Part shown: piece after piece, positions 52,825-63,818 of the stretch
How the letters are laid out: each line of letters begins with the position of its first letter
Numbering within the stretch: position 1 is the first letter of the stretch
Assembly (NCBI RefSeq): GCF_963921235.1
Contig: NC_086124.1
Location: forward strand, 23,994,001-24,058,000
DNA: 64,000 nt
Direction: 5' to 3'
Origin: Mobula hypostoma
Lineage: Eukaryota
Notes under the pieces: generated by a model
The model's database searches: none
Told to the model about the DNA's origin: nothing
The model's input: only the letters and a program-made list of their open reading frames with translations
Program-made: the position numbers and the translations under genes

Positions 52825-53085
52825 GCGTAACGGTTACAGTGTCAGTGATCCGAAGATCGGGGTTCAATTCCCGTCACAGTCTGTATGGAGTTCTCCCCGT
52901 GTGTCTCTTCCCATTTCCTCCCATGTTCCAAAGATGTACAAGGTAGGGTTAGTGAGTTATGGGGATGGTATATCGGTGCCAGAAGCACAGTGACACTTGA
53001 GGGCTTCCCTGTGCACAATCCTCACTTATTTAATTCCACACAAAAATGATGTATTTCTCTGTATGTTTCAATATACATTGACCTT
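52825..53085 (+). mobile_element. tRNA-derived SINE (V-SINE/HE1-like)
   Basis: gcgtaacggttacagtgtcagtga..ggggttcaattcccg..ctgtatggagtt..ttctccccgtg head and core. Confidence 0.65.
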
Positions 53086-53600
53086 TATTTGCACCTCTTT
53101 CACCTCAGACAGTTGAGGAAGTTTGGAATGGGTCCACAAATCCTAAGAACCTTCTACAGGGGCACAATTGGGAGCATCTTGACTGGCTGCATCACTGCCT
53201 GGTATGGGAACTGTACTTCCCTCAGTTGCAGGGTTCTGCGGAGAGTGGTGCGGACAGCCCAGCGCATCTGTAGTTGTAAATCTCCCATGATTCAGGACAT
53301 TTGAAAAGACAGGTGTGTAAAAAGGTCCTGGAGCATCGCTAGGGACCCGAGTCACCCAAACTGCAAACTGTTCCAGCTGCTGTCATCCGGGAATTGGTAC
53401 CACAGCATAAAAGCCAGGACCAGCAGACTGCAGGCCAGCTTCTTCCACCAGGCCATCAGACTGATGTACCCACGCTGATTTGAGTATTTTCTATGTTATA
53501 TTGACTATTCTACTTATTATAATTTATTGTAAATTACTATGATTACACATAGCACATTTAGAGAGAGACGCAATGTAAGGATTTTTACTCATGTATATGT
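53085..53600 (+). mobile_element. Rex1/Babar-like LINE 3' fragment
   Basis: HLFHLRQLRKFGMGPQILRTFYRGTIGSILTGCITAWYG, similar to 20120-20250. Confidence 0.85.
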
Positions 53601-54434
53601 AGGATATTACATACCCCGTAACTGGGTTGCCAAACCAGCAGAAATGGATCACTCAGTTGGAGTCTGGATTACTAGAACTAAGAAAGTTTTATTAAAGAAA
53701 CAAGCAACACAGTACTCTAATCAAAAGGATAATGAATGCAACAGTTCAGCAATGGTAAACACACGTGTACACAGAATTAAGATAACAGGATCAATCAAGC
53801 TCTATCATTGTCTAGGGGTAAATGACCAGTTTTAAAGTTACGCAAAGTTCAGTTCAGTTCGCAGTAATCGCTGCCGTGGCGATGGACAGTGGGGGGGGGG
53901 AGGAGAGAGAGAGCAAAAACGAATGAATATTCAAGGCTTCCAGACACAGACCTTCGCAGTCAGCTTTCGGGCGAGTCCTTTGTGATGTCATCTGAGATCA
54001 CCGACCGTGACCCCCTCCGTTTCCAGATACGATCGTTTCCCTGCGCTGAACCTGGCACCCAGGCAAGGGTGGACACACACCAGGTTCCCGCCGATCGTGC
54101 CTTTCCACCCTGTGCGTTTATTGCCCGGTACTTCCCACCGACTTGTGAGAGACGCACCGCTTCCAGGGTCTCGTTACCTCGGGTGTCGTGTGTGTCCTGC
54201 CTTAGCGAACCTGTCCCTTTTTATCCCCCTGCTGGGGTATCACCTGTCCATCACTTCAAGTAGTTCAGAGTTCAAAGGGGGAGCCGCTCTTGACATCTCT
54301 CCTTCCCCTTCATTAACATCTCCAAATGTTGCTTCATTGTTTTCCTTATCTCTCTCTCTCCTGAAGACACGTGGCAGACCAACCGCTGATCACACAGGAC
54401 AGCGAACATCTTAATCTATGTGTATTCTTGTCAC
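53600..54434. mobile_element. ~830-bp LTR-like insertion within the Rex1-like tail
   Basis: Interrupts the host tail ...gtatatgtaggat | gtaagaaataaagtcaattcaattc and ends ...ttcttgtcaca. Class is inferred. Confidence 0.5.
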
Positions 54435-54489
54435 AAGGACAAGACAAGACAAGACAAGATGTAAGAAATAAAGTCAATTCAATTCAACA

Positions 54490-56400
54490 TTTCAGTGTTA
54501 TGTATATATATATGGGTGTGTGTGTTTGATTAAGCATTCTTTATTGTTTAAATAATTAATTACTAGTTATATGCAAAAGTAAGTGCATGGCATATGTCAT
54601 CACACCATCACATGATATGCACGCATCTTGCTTCAAGTAAAAAATAAAGTTAGTCTTGGATTCCCCGTTCCCCTGCTCTCCTTTCAATTCACTTATATTT
54701 TTGGAGTTGCAAAATTGAATTGAAGGAGTTGTCTGAGCATTGTCAGTTTGGTAACGGGCTTAATAAAGCACTGAGAGATAATTAATTTGTGGAAACTTAC
54801 AAGACAGCATTCAAAACTGGCTCCTAACTGAAACACAAATTACATTTAGAAGAGCAATTGAAATAGCTGTGTCAATGGAAACAGCAGACAGAGCACAACT
54901 GAATTGCAGTCAGTTGCAAACGAGTATGAACAAAACTGCAATTATGAAACAGAAACTGGCCTGGCCAAACAAATTGTGTTACCATTGTGGCAGAGGTTCA
55001 CATACACCAGACGAATGCAGATTTAAAGGTGAAACTACAGAAAATGTAACAAAATAGGACATACAAAGAGCATATCAGGCAGACAAAAACAAATGGACTG
55101 CACAGGGAAGAGAAAAAGATAAAGTTGTCGTTTCAAAGGAGCACTAATCTTCATGTTGTTGATGAAAAATCTGATTATAATGAGTGACACTGGACTGCGT
55201 AGCCTTTAGATTTACTATGTAAAAACTGGTGAGAGAGAAACAATGACTTAGACCAAAAGTGAACAGCAAATTAATTAAAATAGAATTGGACACTGGCACG
55301 ACGTTTCAGGCATTCCACAAAATGAGTTTATTATTATTATGATTATGATTATGAGGACACGCAGCCCGCTTTTATTGTCATTTAGTAATGCATGCATTAA
55401 GAAATGATGAAGTGTTTTTCCAGAATGATATCATGAAAACATATGACAAACCGACTTAAAAACTAAGAAAAACCACATAATTATAACATATAGTTACAAC
55501 AGTGCAAAGCAATACCGTAATTTGATAAGAACAGACCATGGCACAGTAAAGGTCTCAAAGTCTCTCGAAAGTTCCATCATCTGAAGCAGATGGTAAACTC
55601 CAGAGCTGCCAACTTGCCGATGCAGCATCCTGGAAGCATCCGACCACAGTCAACTCCAAGTCCATCCGAAAAACTCCGACCCTCTGACCACCTCCCGACA
55701 CCGAGCACCATCTCTGCCGAGCGCTTCGACCCCAACCCCGGCAACAGGTGATGCGCAAAGATGAGGATTTGGGGCCTTCGTCTCCGGAGATTCTCGATCG
55801 CACAGTAGCAACGGCAGCAAAGCAGGCATTTCAGAAGTTACCCCAGATGTTCCTCTGCGCTTCTCACAGTTGTCTCCATCAAATCCGGATTGTGCACGGC
55901 ACCCCTAGTTACACATATCGATATCATTCGGAACGGCAACACGTGCTGCGTTGCGCCGCCATCTTCTCCTCCCTCCTTTGACTGGCTTTTCAAAGATACT
56001 AAACTGAAGGCTGTAGCTATCCGGGTTAGAACCCAAACTGAAGTTTGTAGTCCAGGTAAGAACCTAAGCTGGAAAAAAGATAACTCCTGTGGAAATGACA
56101 TTTGTAACAGTGAAATACAATAACCATCAAGGCACACTGGGCTTGTATGTGGTAAAAGCAGGAGGACCATGATTGGCTGAGACAACTCATCCACCATTGG
56201 CATGCCGCCACCCCTGCAGTAGAGTCATCTGAAAGCGAACTGAGAGGGATACTGGAGTGCTCAAGGATGGCATTGGAAACATATCAAGGGTAAAATAGTG
56301 TTAACTGAAATTGCATCCTCGTTGGCTACAGAGGCCGTACCAAATGGTTGGAAATGACATCCCTTTGTTCGAGAAAGGGAATAGGGAAAACCCTGGGAAT
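54490..56400 (+). mobile_element. Decayed Gypsy-type LTR retrotransposon (LTR, gag, protease remnants)
   Basis: LKELSEHCQFG..LRD; CCHC knuckle CYHCGRGSHTPDECRF (ORF 54869-55057); aspartic-protease-like IELDTG near 55280. Interrupted by the repeat at 55335-55975. Confidence 0.8.
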
Positions 56401-56559
56401 TTATTTCAGTGGTGGGAGAAGTATTGGAGATTTTAGAGAGAAGATTTATGAGCATTTGGAGAAGCAGGGTCTGACTAAGAACAATCAGCATACGGAGTGA
56501 TTCATTTCGGAAGGTCGAATTTGAAGGCAGAATACAGGGATAATTACAGGATTCTTAGC

Positions 56560-57215
56560 AGTGTGGAGTGACAGAGGAATCTTGGTGTCCACATCCATTG
56601 ATCCTCAAAGTTACTGAGCAAGTTGATAGGATGGTTGGCCGACATTAGTCGGGGGCTTGAGTTCAATTGAGCAGCGATGTAATGTTTCAGCTCCAGAGAA
56701 ACCTCACTTGGAATATTGTGCTCTCTTCTCTTTGCCTCATTGGAGAAAGGAAGTGAAAGTTTTCTTTTTAGAGAGGGTGCAGAGGAGATTCAGGAAGCTG
56801 CCTGTATTAGAGAGCATGTCTTATGAGGATAAACTGAGCTCGCTAGGGCTTTTATCTTTGCAGTGAAGGAGGATAAGAGGTGGCTTAACAGAATTGTACA
56901 AGATGATAAGAGAGATTGATCGAGTGGACAGCCAGCATCTTTTTCCCAGGACAAAGTGGCTAATACGAAGGGGCATAATTTTAAGGTGATTGGAGGAAAG
57001 TATAGGGGGGATGTCAGGGGTAAGAATGGTGGGTGCATGGTTGTGGTAGAGGCAGATACATTAGGGACATTTAAGAGACTCTAAGATAGGCACATTGAGA
57101 AAAAATGGAGGGCTATGTGAGAGGGAAGGGTTAGATTGATCGTAGAGTAGTTTAAAAAGTTGGCACAACATTGTGGGCCAAAGGGCCTGTACTGCGTTGG
57201 AATGTTCTACTTTCT
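56560..57215 (+). mobile_element. CR1 3' fragment
   Basis: KPHLEYCALF..LERVQRRF..SYEDKLSSLGL followed by the CR1 3' UTR. Confidence 0.85.
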
Positions 57216-58772
57216 ATGTTCCCGGAGCACCTGTTCAGTCAGAGTGAGATGGCGTAAAGTACACACTCAACGACTCCAGAGGGCAGGTTTGAGCACTCTG
57301 GTGCTACGGGGGAGCGGTTCTAATCAGCGTGCAGCCCTGTGCAGGGGAACAGCTTCACGAGTGACATTAAAGACACTTGACCATCTGCGAGGACAAAGGT
57401 GTTGACCTTCCTTCCCCCTGAATGACTGGATGCACCCAATGTGTGAGTGCTGGAAACACGAGCTCACGGTACTGGTAATTCTATCAGCACTGGCTGTGAG
57501 GTCCCAATGACACACACAAGGGGGTTTCCCTGTCCAGGGAGTTACATAAACCATTCATTATTTATTTTATATATTATTATTTCTGTATTCTATTTGAACA
57601 TTTTACTTCTGTATTAAAGTTCAAAGTAAATTTATTATCAGAGTACATACATGTCACCGTTTACAGTAGAACAAAAAAATTATTTATTTACAGTACTGTG
57701 CAGAAGTCTTGGGCTTCCTAGATTTTTTAACATACATTTTGTTTTAGATGTTTACCTTTTGTCTTCTGCGTTAGCATATCAGTAGAAAAGAGCAAATTTT
57801 AGATTTCCCAACACTCATTTTCCAAAACGTTACATGTTACAGAGAAATGCTTGCATTTCATTAAAGAAAGCAACATGTTAAGTATCAGAAAGTTTCAAAT
57901 AAAAACTTGATTACTTTGTCAGCATCTATCCCAGTGTGTTGAACAAAGATAACAGGTGCTAATGATCAATGATGTAATGAGCTGAATAAACTAAACTGAT
58001 TATCTGAAACAGAAATGGGTGTGGAAGAAATCAAAAGGACAACCAAACTAAAAGATGAGGGTGTGGCAGATCTGTCATTTTAACCTTCAAATCATCAATT
58101 CTCCCACAGCAGCAAGAGTGAAGATAGCAACGAGAGGTGGTCCAGTGATGGGGTGAATGGAATTGACTGAAGTTGTCCCCTCTGGTTCAGTGACCTGATG
58201 GTCAAGGGGTAACAATGGGTCCTGAACCTGGAGGCTGCTGCACCTTCTTCCTGATGGCTACAGTGAGACGAGAGCTTGTCCTGGGGAGTGGGGGTCCCTG
58301 ATGATGGATGCTGCTTTCCTGCAACAGCGCTCTGTGTAGATGTGCTTGGTGAATATATGAATTATATACAGTACCGTGCAAAGGACTTGGGCACATATAT
58401 ATAACTTGGATGCACTTTTTACACGGTACTGCATTTTTGCACAGACTGCACAGTACTGCTTTTGTCAACGTGGAGCGGAGAGTGAGTTTGTAAGTCTGGC
58501 GGGAGCAAAGAATATTGGGAATGGTAAGGGTGGAGCTCTGCGGGAGGTGTGCGGGACAGGTGGCAGAGAAGGAGTGCCGGGGGGGGGGGGGTGGCACGGT
58601 ATCATTTGTTTGGTTTATTGATCATTACAGAATATCTCTCTGGTGCTTCCTTCTCCCTTCCAATTCTACACTGCCATCACAGAGAGAATGCTCACATCAT
58701 CCACCCATCACACACTGTCAGAATCTTATCACAGTATATAAAAACTATAGTGAACTGTCAGGTCAGGAGAAC

Positions 58773-59152
58773 TATGGGACAGTGTGGAGGGAGCTTCACT
58801 CTGTGTCTGACCCCGGGAGTGTGTGATGGGACGGTGCGGAGGGAGCTTCACTCTGTGTCTGACCCCGGGAGTGTGTGATGGGACGGTGCGGAGGGAGCTT
58901 CACTCTGTGTCTGACCCCGGGAGTGTGTGATGGGACGGTGCGGAGGGAGCTTCACTCTGTGTCTGACCCCGGGAGTGTGTGATGGGACGGAGTGGAGGGA
59001 GCTTCACTCTGTGTCTGACCCCGGGAGTGTGTGATGGGACAGTGTGGAGGGAGCTTCACTCTGTGTCTGACCCCGGGAGTGTGTGATGGGACAGTGCGGA
59101 GGGAGCTTCACTCTGTGTCTGACCCCGGGAATGTGTGCGATGGGACGGTGTG
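58773..59152 (-). repeat. 52-bp satellite array (~7 units), reverse orientation
   Basis: Period 52 (ctgtgtctga at 58801 and 58853); highly homogeneous units. Confidence 0.95.
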
Positions 59153-59680
59153 TGAAAACTAATAACAGTAATAAATAAATATCAAGAACATGAGTTGAAG
59201 AGTCCTTGAAAGTGAGCCCATAGGTTGTGGGAACATTTCAGTGATGGGGAGATTGAAGTTATCCACACTGGTTCAGAAGCCTGATGGTTGAGGGGTAATT
59301 ACCGTCCCTGAACCTGGTGGTATGAGTCCTGAGGCTCCTGTATCTCCTTCCTGATGGCAGCAGTGAGAAGAGAGTATGGCCTTAGTGGCTATAATTGTTA
59401 AATGCTGCTGTTTTTTCGTTGCATGTCACACCCTGACCAACACACCACAGCATCCAGTCCATCTCCTCTCACTGTCTCCTGGAGCCTGAGGTCCCACACT
59501 AACAGGTTCAGGAACAGTTATTACCCCTCAACATCAGGCTCCTGAACCAGCGTGGATAACTTCACTCACCCCTCTGAACTGATTCCACAACGAATAGACT
59601 CACTTTCAAGGACTCTACAATTCGTGTTCTCAGAATTATTTGTTCGTTTATTTATTATTTTGAAATTTGACTAAGATTAA

Positions 59681-60037
59681 CAGAGTGAAGCTCCCTCCAC
59701 ACCATCCCATCACACACTCCCGGGGTCAGACACAGAGTGAAGCTCCCTCCACACCGTCCCATCACACACTCCCGGGGTCAGACACAAAGTGAAGCTCCCT
59801 CCACACCATCACATCACACACTCCCGGGGTCAGACACAGAGTGAAGCTCCCTCCACACCATCCCATCATACACTCCCGGGGTCAGACACAGAGTGAAACT
59901 CCCTCCACACCATCCCATCATACACTCCCGGGGTCAGACACAGAGTGAAACTCCCTCCACACCATCCCAGCACGCACTCCCGGGATCAGACACACAGTGA
60001 AGCTCCCTCCACACCGTCCCATCACGCACTCCCGGGC
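59681..60037 (+). repeat. 52-bp satellite array (~7 units), forward orientation
   Basis: Same unit as 51367 and the inverse of 58773. Confidence 0.95.
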
Positions 60038-60167
60038 TCTGACTGCATGAATTTTATACATCTTCATTCCAAACTGGTGTTTAACTGAGGACCCGTGCTC
60101 ACTTTAGATTTTATTTTACTTAGACAATATAAAAACAGTTTCTATTTTGCATTTTCTTTTCACATCG

Positions 60168-60214
60168 TTAATTCTTACACTCCCAGGTGCAAGTGACAGT
60201 GTTTAGAAACTTCC
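60168..60214 (-). CDS. Candidate small secreted peptide, terminal coding exon ((R)KFLNTVTCTWECKN*)
   Basis: Strong acceptor ctaac-ctgtctttttcttttacgttttctgcAG at 60216-60215, TAA at 60170-60168, AATAAA at 60115-60110. Confidence 0.5.
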
Positions 60215-60492
60215 CTGCAGAAAACGTAAAAGAAAAAGACAGGTTAGACACAGAGTGACTGATAGATGTGAGCAAAGTTTTTCACTGCACTTCGAGACAT
60301 GTGATAACGATGAACCAATTTTCCTTGCTGGTTACAGGTTTGTGGGACTGTCAGACAAGACTCAGACTGGAAGGGTGACTTGCTGACTGTGGTAAGACTG
60401 GCAACAGTGCAAAGTCTGACCAATCACTTCGGAAAACGTCAACGGCACTCACCTTCCCCTGGGTTGTCTCCACCTGTCAGGAGGTTACTTAC

Positions 60493-60524
60493 TGCAGAAT
60501 CTCCCCGGGCAAACTCCTCCCCGC
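60493..60524 (-). CDS. Candidate small secreted peptide, 32-nt middle exon ((R)RGGVCPGRFC)
   Basis: Acceptor gtgttctcttgcAG and donor GTAAGT. An alternative donor GTGAGT at 60452 gives a 72-nt exon. Confidence 0.5.
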
Positions 60525-61528
60525 CTGCAAGAGAACACACCGAAGCTGAAACCCCTGATTCACAAACGTTGGGAAACTTCAGGGAAATAGGGGGATGAGA
60601 AGATGGATCTGTGGTGGAGCCAAAACAAGTGTCGGGGGATGTCAGGAGGTTGTTTTTACTGAGGTGTGGATCAGGATGTTTACACAGAGGCAGGAGATTG
60701 AAATGGTGGAGCAGACTGGATGGGCCAAATGGTCTCATTTTCCTCCTTGGTCTTATGGATGCATGGAAGTCGCTGTCAGGGGTGTTGGTAGATACATTAG
60801 GGGAATTTATGGAACTCTCAGACAGGCAAATGGATAATAGAAAAAATGGAGGGCAATGTGGGAGGGAAGGGTTAAATCAAAGTTGGAGTGGGTTAAAGGG
60901 TCAGTACAACATCTTGGGCCGAAAGGCCTGTACTCTGCTGTAATGGTCGATATTCTGTTTGGGGGACGAGGGGGTGGATCCGTCGCAGAGATGAATGAGG
61001 TCCTCACCTTTTGTGCATCGCTCTGCCCAGGTACAGTGTTACCAGCAACCCGATAACTCCCACTATGACTCCGACCGCACAGACAATAATCCCGGATGTG
61101 GGCACAGGAGGAGGCAGATCTGTGGGGTAAAGTCAAGACAGCAGACTGAGTCCAAATTCGGCACGTCCCTGAGGACTCTGACCAGCTTTTTTTTTAGATG
61201 TACCCCGGATAGCATCCTATCCGGATCGCAACACATCACAGAACCAATATCCTCTCCATGGACTCTGTCTACACTTCCCGCTGCCTCAGTAAAGCATCCT
61301 AGATAATCAAAACCCCCTCCCACCCTGGGCATTCTCTCTTCTCCTCTCCCCCTTCGGGCAGAAGGTACAAAGGCCTGAAAGCACATCCCACCGGACCCAA
61401 GGACAGATTCTACCCGCTTGAAGGGAGCCCTTGCGTGTTAAAGCTCTCGATGTTTCTCAAACTTTGTTTGTTAACCTGCACTGCACTTTCTCTGCAACTG
61501 TTTAAACTACATTCTTTAAAAAAATTAC

Positions 61529-61652
61529 CTTTTTTGAGATATAGCCTTGTCAGGCCTTTTAGCACTGGATGCTGCTACTGAAGACGGGCGACAGTTTACT
61601 GGTGGTACTAAAGCAAGAAACACAACTAAATACTTTATTAATAAGAACTTTT
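61529..61652 (-). CDS. Candidate small secreted peptide, signal/pro-region exon ((E)KFLLIKYLVVFLALVPPVNCRPSSVAASSAKRPDKAISQK)
   Basis: Acceptor gattttccgcAG and donor AG|GTAATT; 124 nt, phase 1 to phase 2; hydrophobic core followed by V-N-C. No in-frame ATG found, so an upstream exon is required. Confidence 0.5.
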
Positions 61653-62984
61653 CTGCGGAAAATCGTGGTAAACAGTCACCGCAAACCGTGAAGGGGCATG
61701 TGGGTGCGATGCAAAGTCGGAGCAAGGTCTAGGTCGGGTAAAGCCTGAAACGTGGGTCCAGTCTCAGAGAGTATTGGCGTGACAGGGCCTGGGTCCTAGA
61801 GAGGGTAAACGCCCCAGTGTTTGGACAATGTGAACGCCAGGCCTGATGGACTGAAAATACAGGGTGTCGGCACCAGAGGTGAGGGTCGGGCCGGTTCTGC
61901 TCGCCGTCCCACTACGCTCACTCTGCTCTCTGCTGAGGCCGAGGCTGCGGGCCTACTCCAGGCTTCATGTCCGTGAGCTCCACTGCATGGTCAACTGAGG
62001 CTCTGTGTCTTTTCTTCTAAACGCTGCTGCTTGCTTTAAATGTTTGCACGATTTGTGTGCCCTTTTTTTTCTTTCACTGGGTGTCAATTAGCGTTTTGTT
62101 AATGAGTTCTTCTGGGTTTCTTGTTTTGTGGCTGCCTGTAAGGAGACGAATCTCAAGATTGTATAATGTATACATATTTTGACAACAAATGCATTTTGAA
62201 CTTTGAACTTTGAACGAGCCCATGCCACCCAATGACACCAATGTGATCAATTCAACTACTAACTCAGCACCCACGTGACCAATTAGCCTACTGATCTATA
62301 CATCTTTGGGATGTGGGAGAAACTGTTGTGTCTAATATTTGAAAAATATTTGAGTAAACTCATGTATATATTGGTTGATGCAGCATTCTTGTTTGTTTAA
62401 ATAATTCGTTACGAGTTATATATACAAATACGTGAATTTCAGGCGAATGTGTGATACGTGCACACCTCACTTAAAGTAAACACTGTTAGATCAGCATTTT
62501 GGACTCCCAAGACTTCCACTGAATTAGTTTAATGTTTTGAAGTTGCAAAAAGTGGCAGAAAACAGAGCCCTTGACGGAAACCCACAAGGTCATGGGGAGA
62601 ACGTACAAACTCCTTACAGACAGATGCTGTAAAGCGTTTATGCCAACCACTTCTGAGCCACTGAATTTCTGCATTCTGTCCTTTTTCCTTTTTACTGACG
62701 TGATGTACTTATGCAAGGAATATACGGCCTGGATGGTAAACGAAAGCTTTTCAGTGTATCCTGGTACAATGAATCAACGTCATAGTGAAAGCCCACCCCA
62801 GTCTGTCCCTGTCACAGTCTGCACTGACAACGACTGGCTCAGGTGCAGAGGAATGGCAGACTCCCATGTAGGGACGGAAACAAGAGCTTGTGCACAGGAA
62901 TGCCAACAGAACATCAGTGACTCCAACAAGCGACACAGTGTGACGAAACATTCTCAGAGCAAGGACCCCAGCATAAGTGTTGGT

Positions 62985-63630
62985 ATTTATGGGGGGTCCC
63001 GGGGAGTGTGTCGGTACTTGGGGGGGATCCCAGGGAGTGTGTCAGTATTTACAGGGGTCCCGGGGAGTGTGTCAGTATTTACAGGGGGTCCAGAGGAGTG
63101 TGTCAGTATTTACAGGGGGTCTGTGGAGTGTGTCAGTATTTACAGGGGGTATGTGGAGTGTGTCAGTATTTACAGGGGGTCTGTGGAGTGTGTCAGTATT
63201 TACAGGGGGTCCTGGGGAGTGTGTCTGTATTTATAGGGGGTCCTGGGGAGTGTGTCGGTATTTACATGGGGTCCCGGGGAGTGTGTCTGTATTTACAGGG
63301 GGTCCCGGGGAGTGTGTCAGTATTTACAGGGGGTCCCGGGGAGAGGGTCACTATTTACAGGGGGTCCCGGGGAGTGTGTCAGTATTTACAGGGGGTCCCG
63401 TGGAGTGTGTCATACTTACAGGGGGTCCTGAGGAGTGTGTCAATATTTACAGGGGGTCCCGGGGAGTGTGTCAGTATTTACAGGGGGTCCCAGGAAGTGT
63501 GTTGGTATTTGTAGGGGGTCCCGAGGAGTGTGTCAGTATTTACGGGGTGTCCTGGGGAGAGTGTTGGTATTTACGGGGTGTCCTGGGGAGAGTGTTGGTA
63601 TTTATAGGGGTTCCCGAGGAGTGTGTCAGT
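62985..63630 (+). repeat. 30-31-bp minisatellite (cggggagtgtgtcagtatttacagggggtcc), ~20 units
   Basis: Tandem units visible directly; explains the repetitive ORFs 62977-63684, 63008-63514 and 63435-63632. Confidence 0.95.
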
Positions 63631-63818
63631 AGTTCCAGGTTCTTTGAAGTTGTATCAGGATTTCAGGGGTCTCAGGAATGTTGATAAAATCTAGCGGACC
63701 GTAAGGGTGTCAAGATTGAGAGGCCTCGATGTTTACAGCTTTGCTCCATAACAGAAACCTTGGTTTTGGATACGTGACCCATGGTATTCTCTCCCTGCCC
63801 CTTTCCCAGCCAACATAC

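Noticed and set aside
51367-60037. 52-bp arrays as CRISPR-like repeats
   Set aside because: Head-to-tail units with no unique spacers, a eukaryotic context and no cas genes: satellite DNA.
62977-63684. Long ORFs of 235, 168 and 221 aa at the right end
   Set aside because: They are translations of the 30-31-bp minisatellite, open in several frames because the unit lacks stops.
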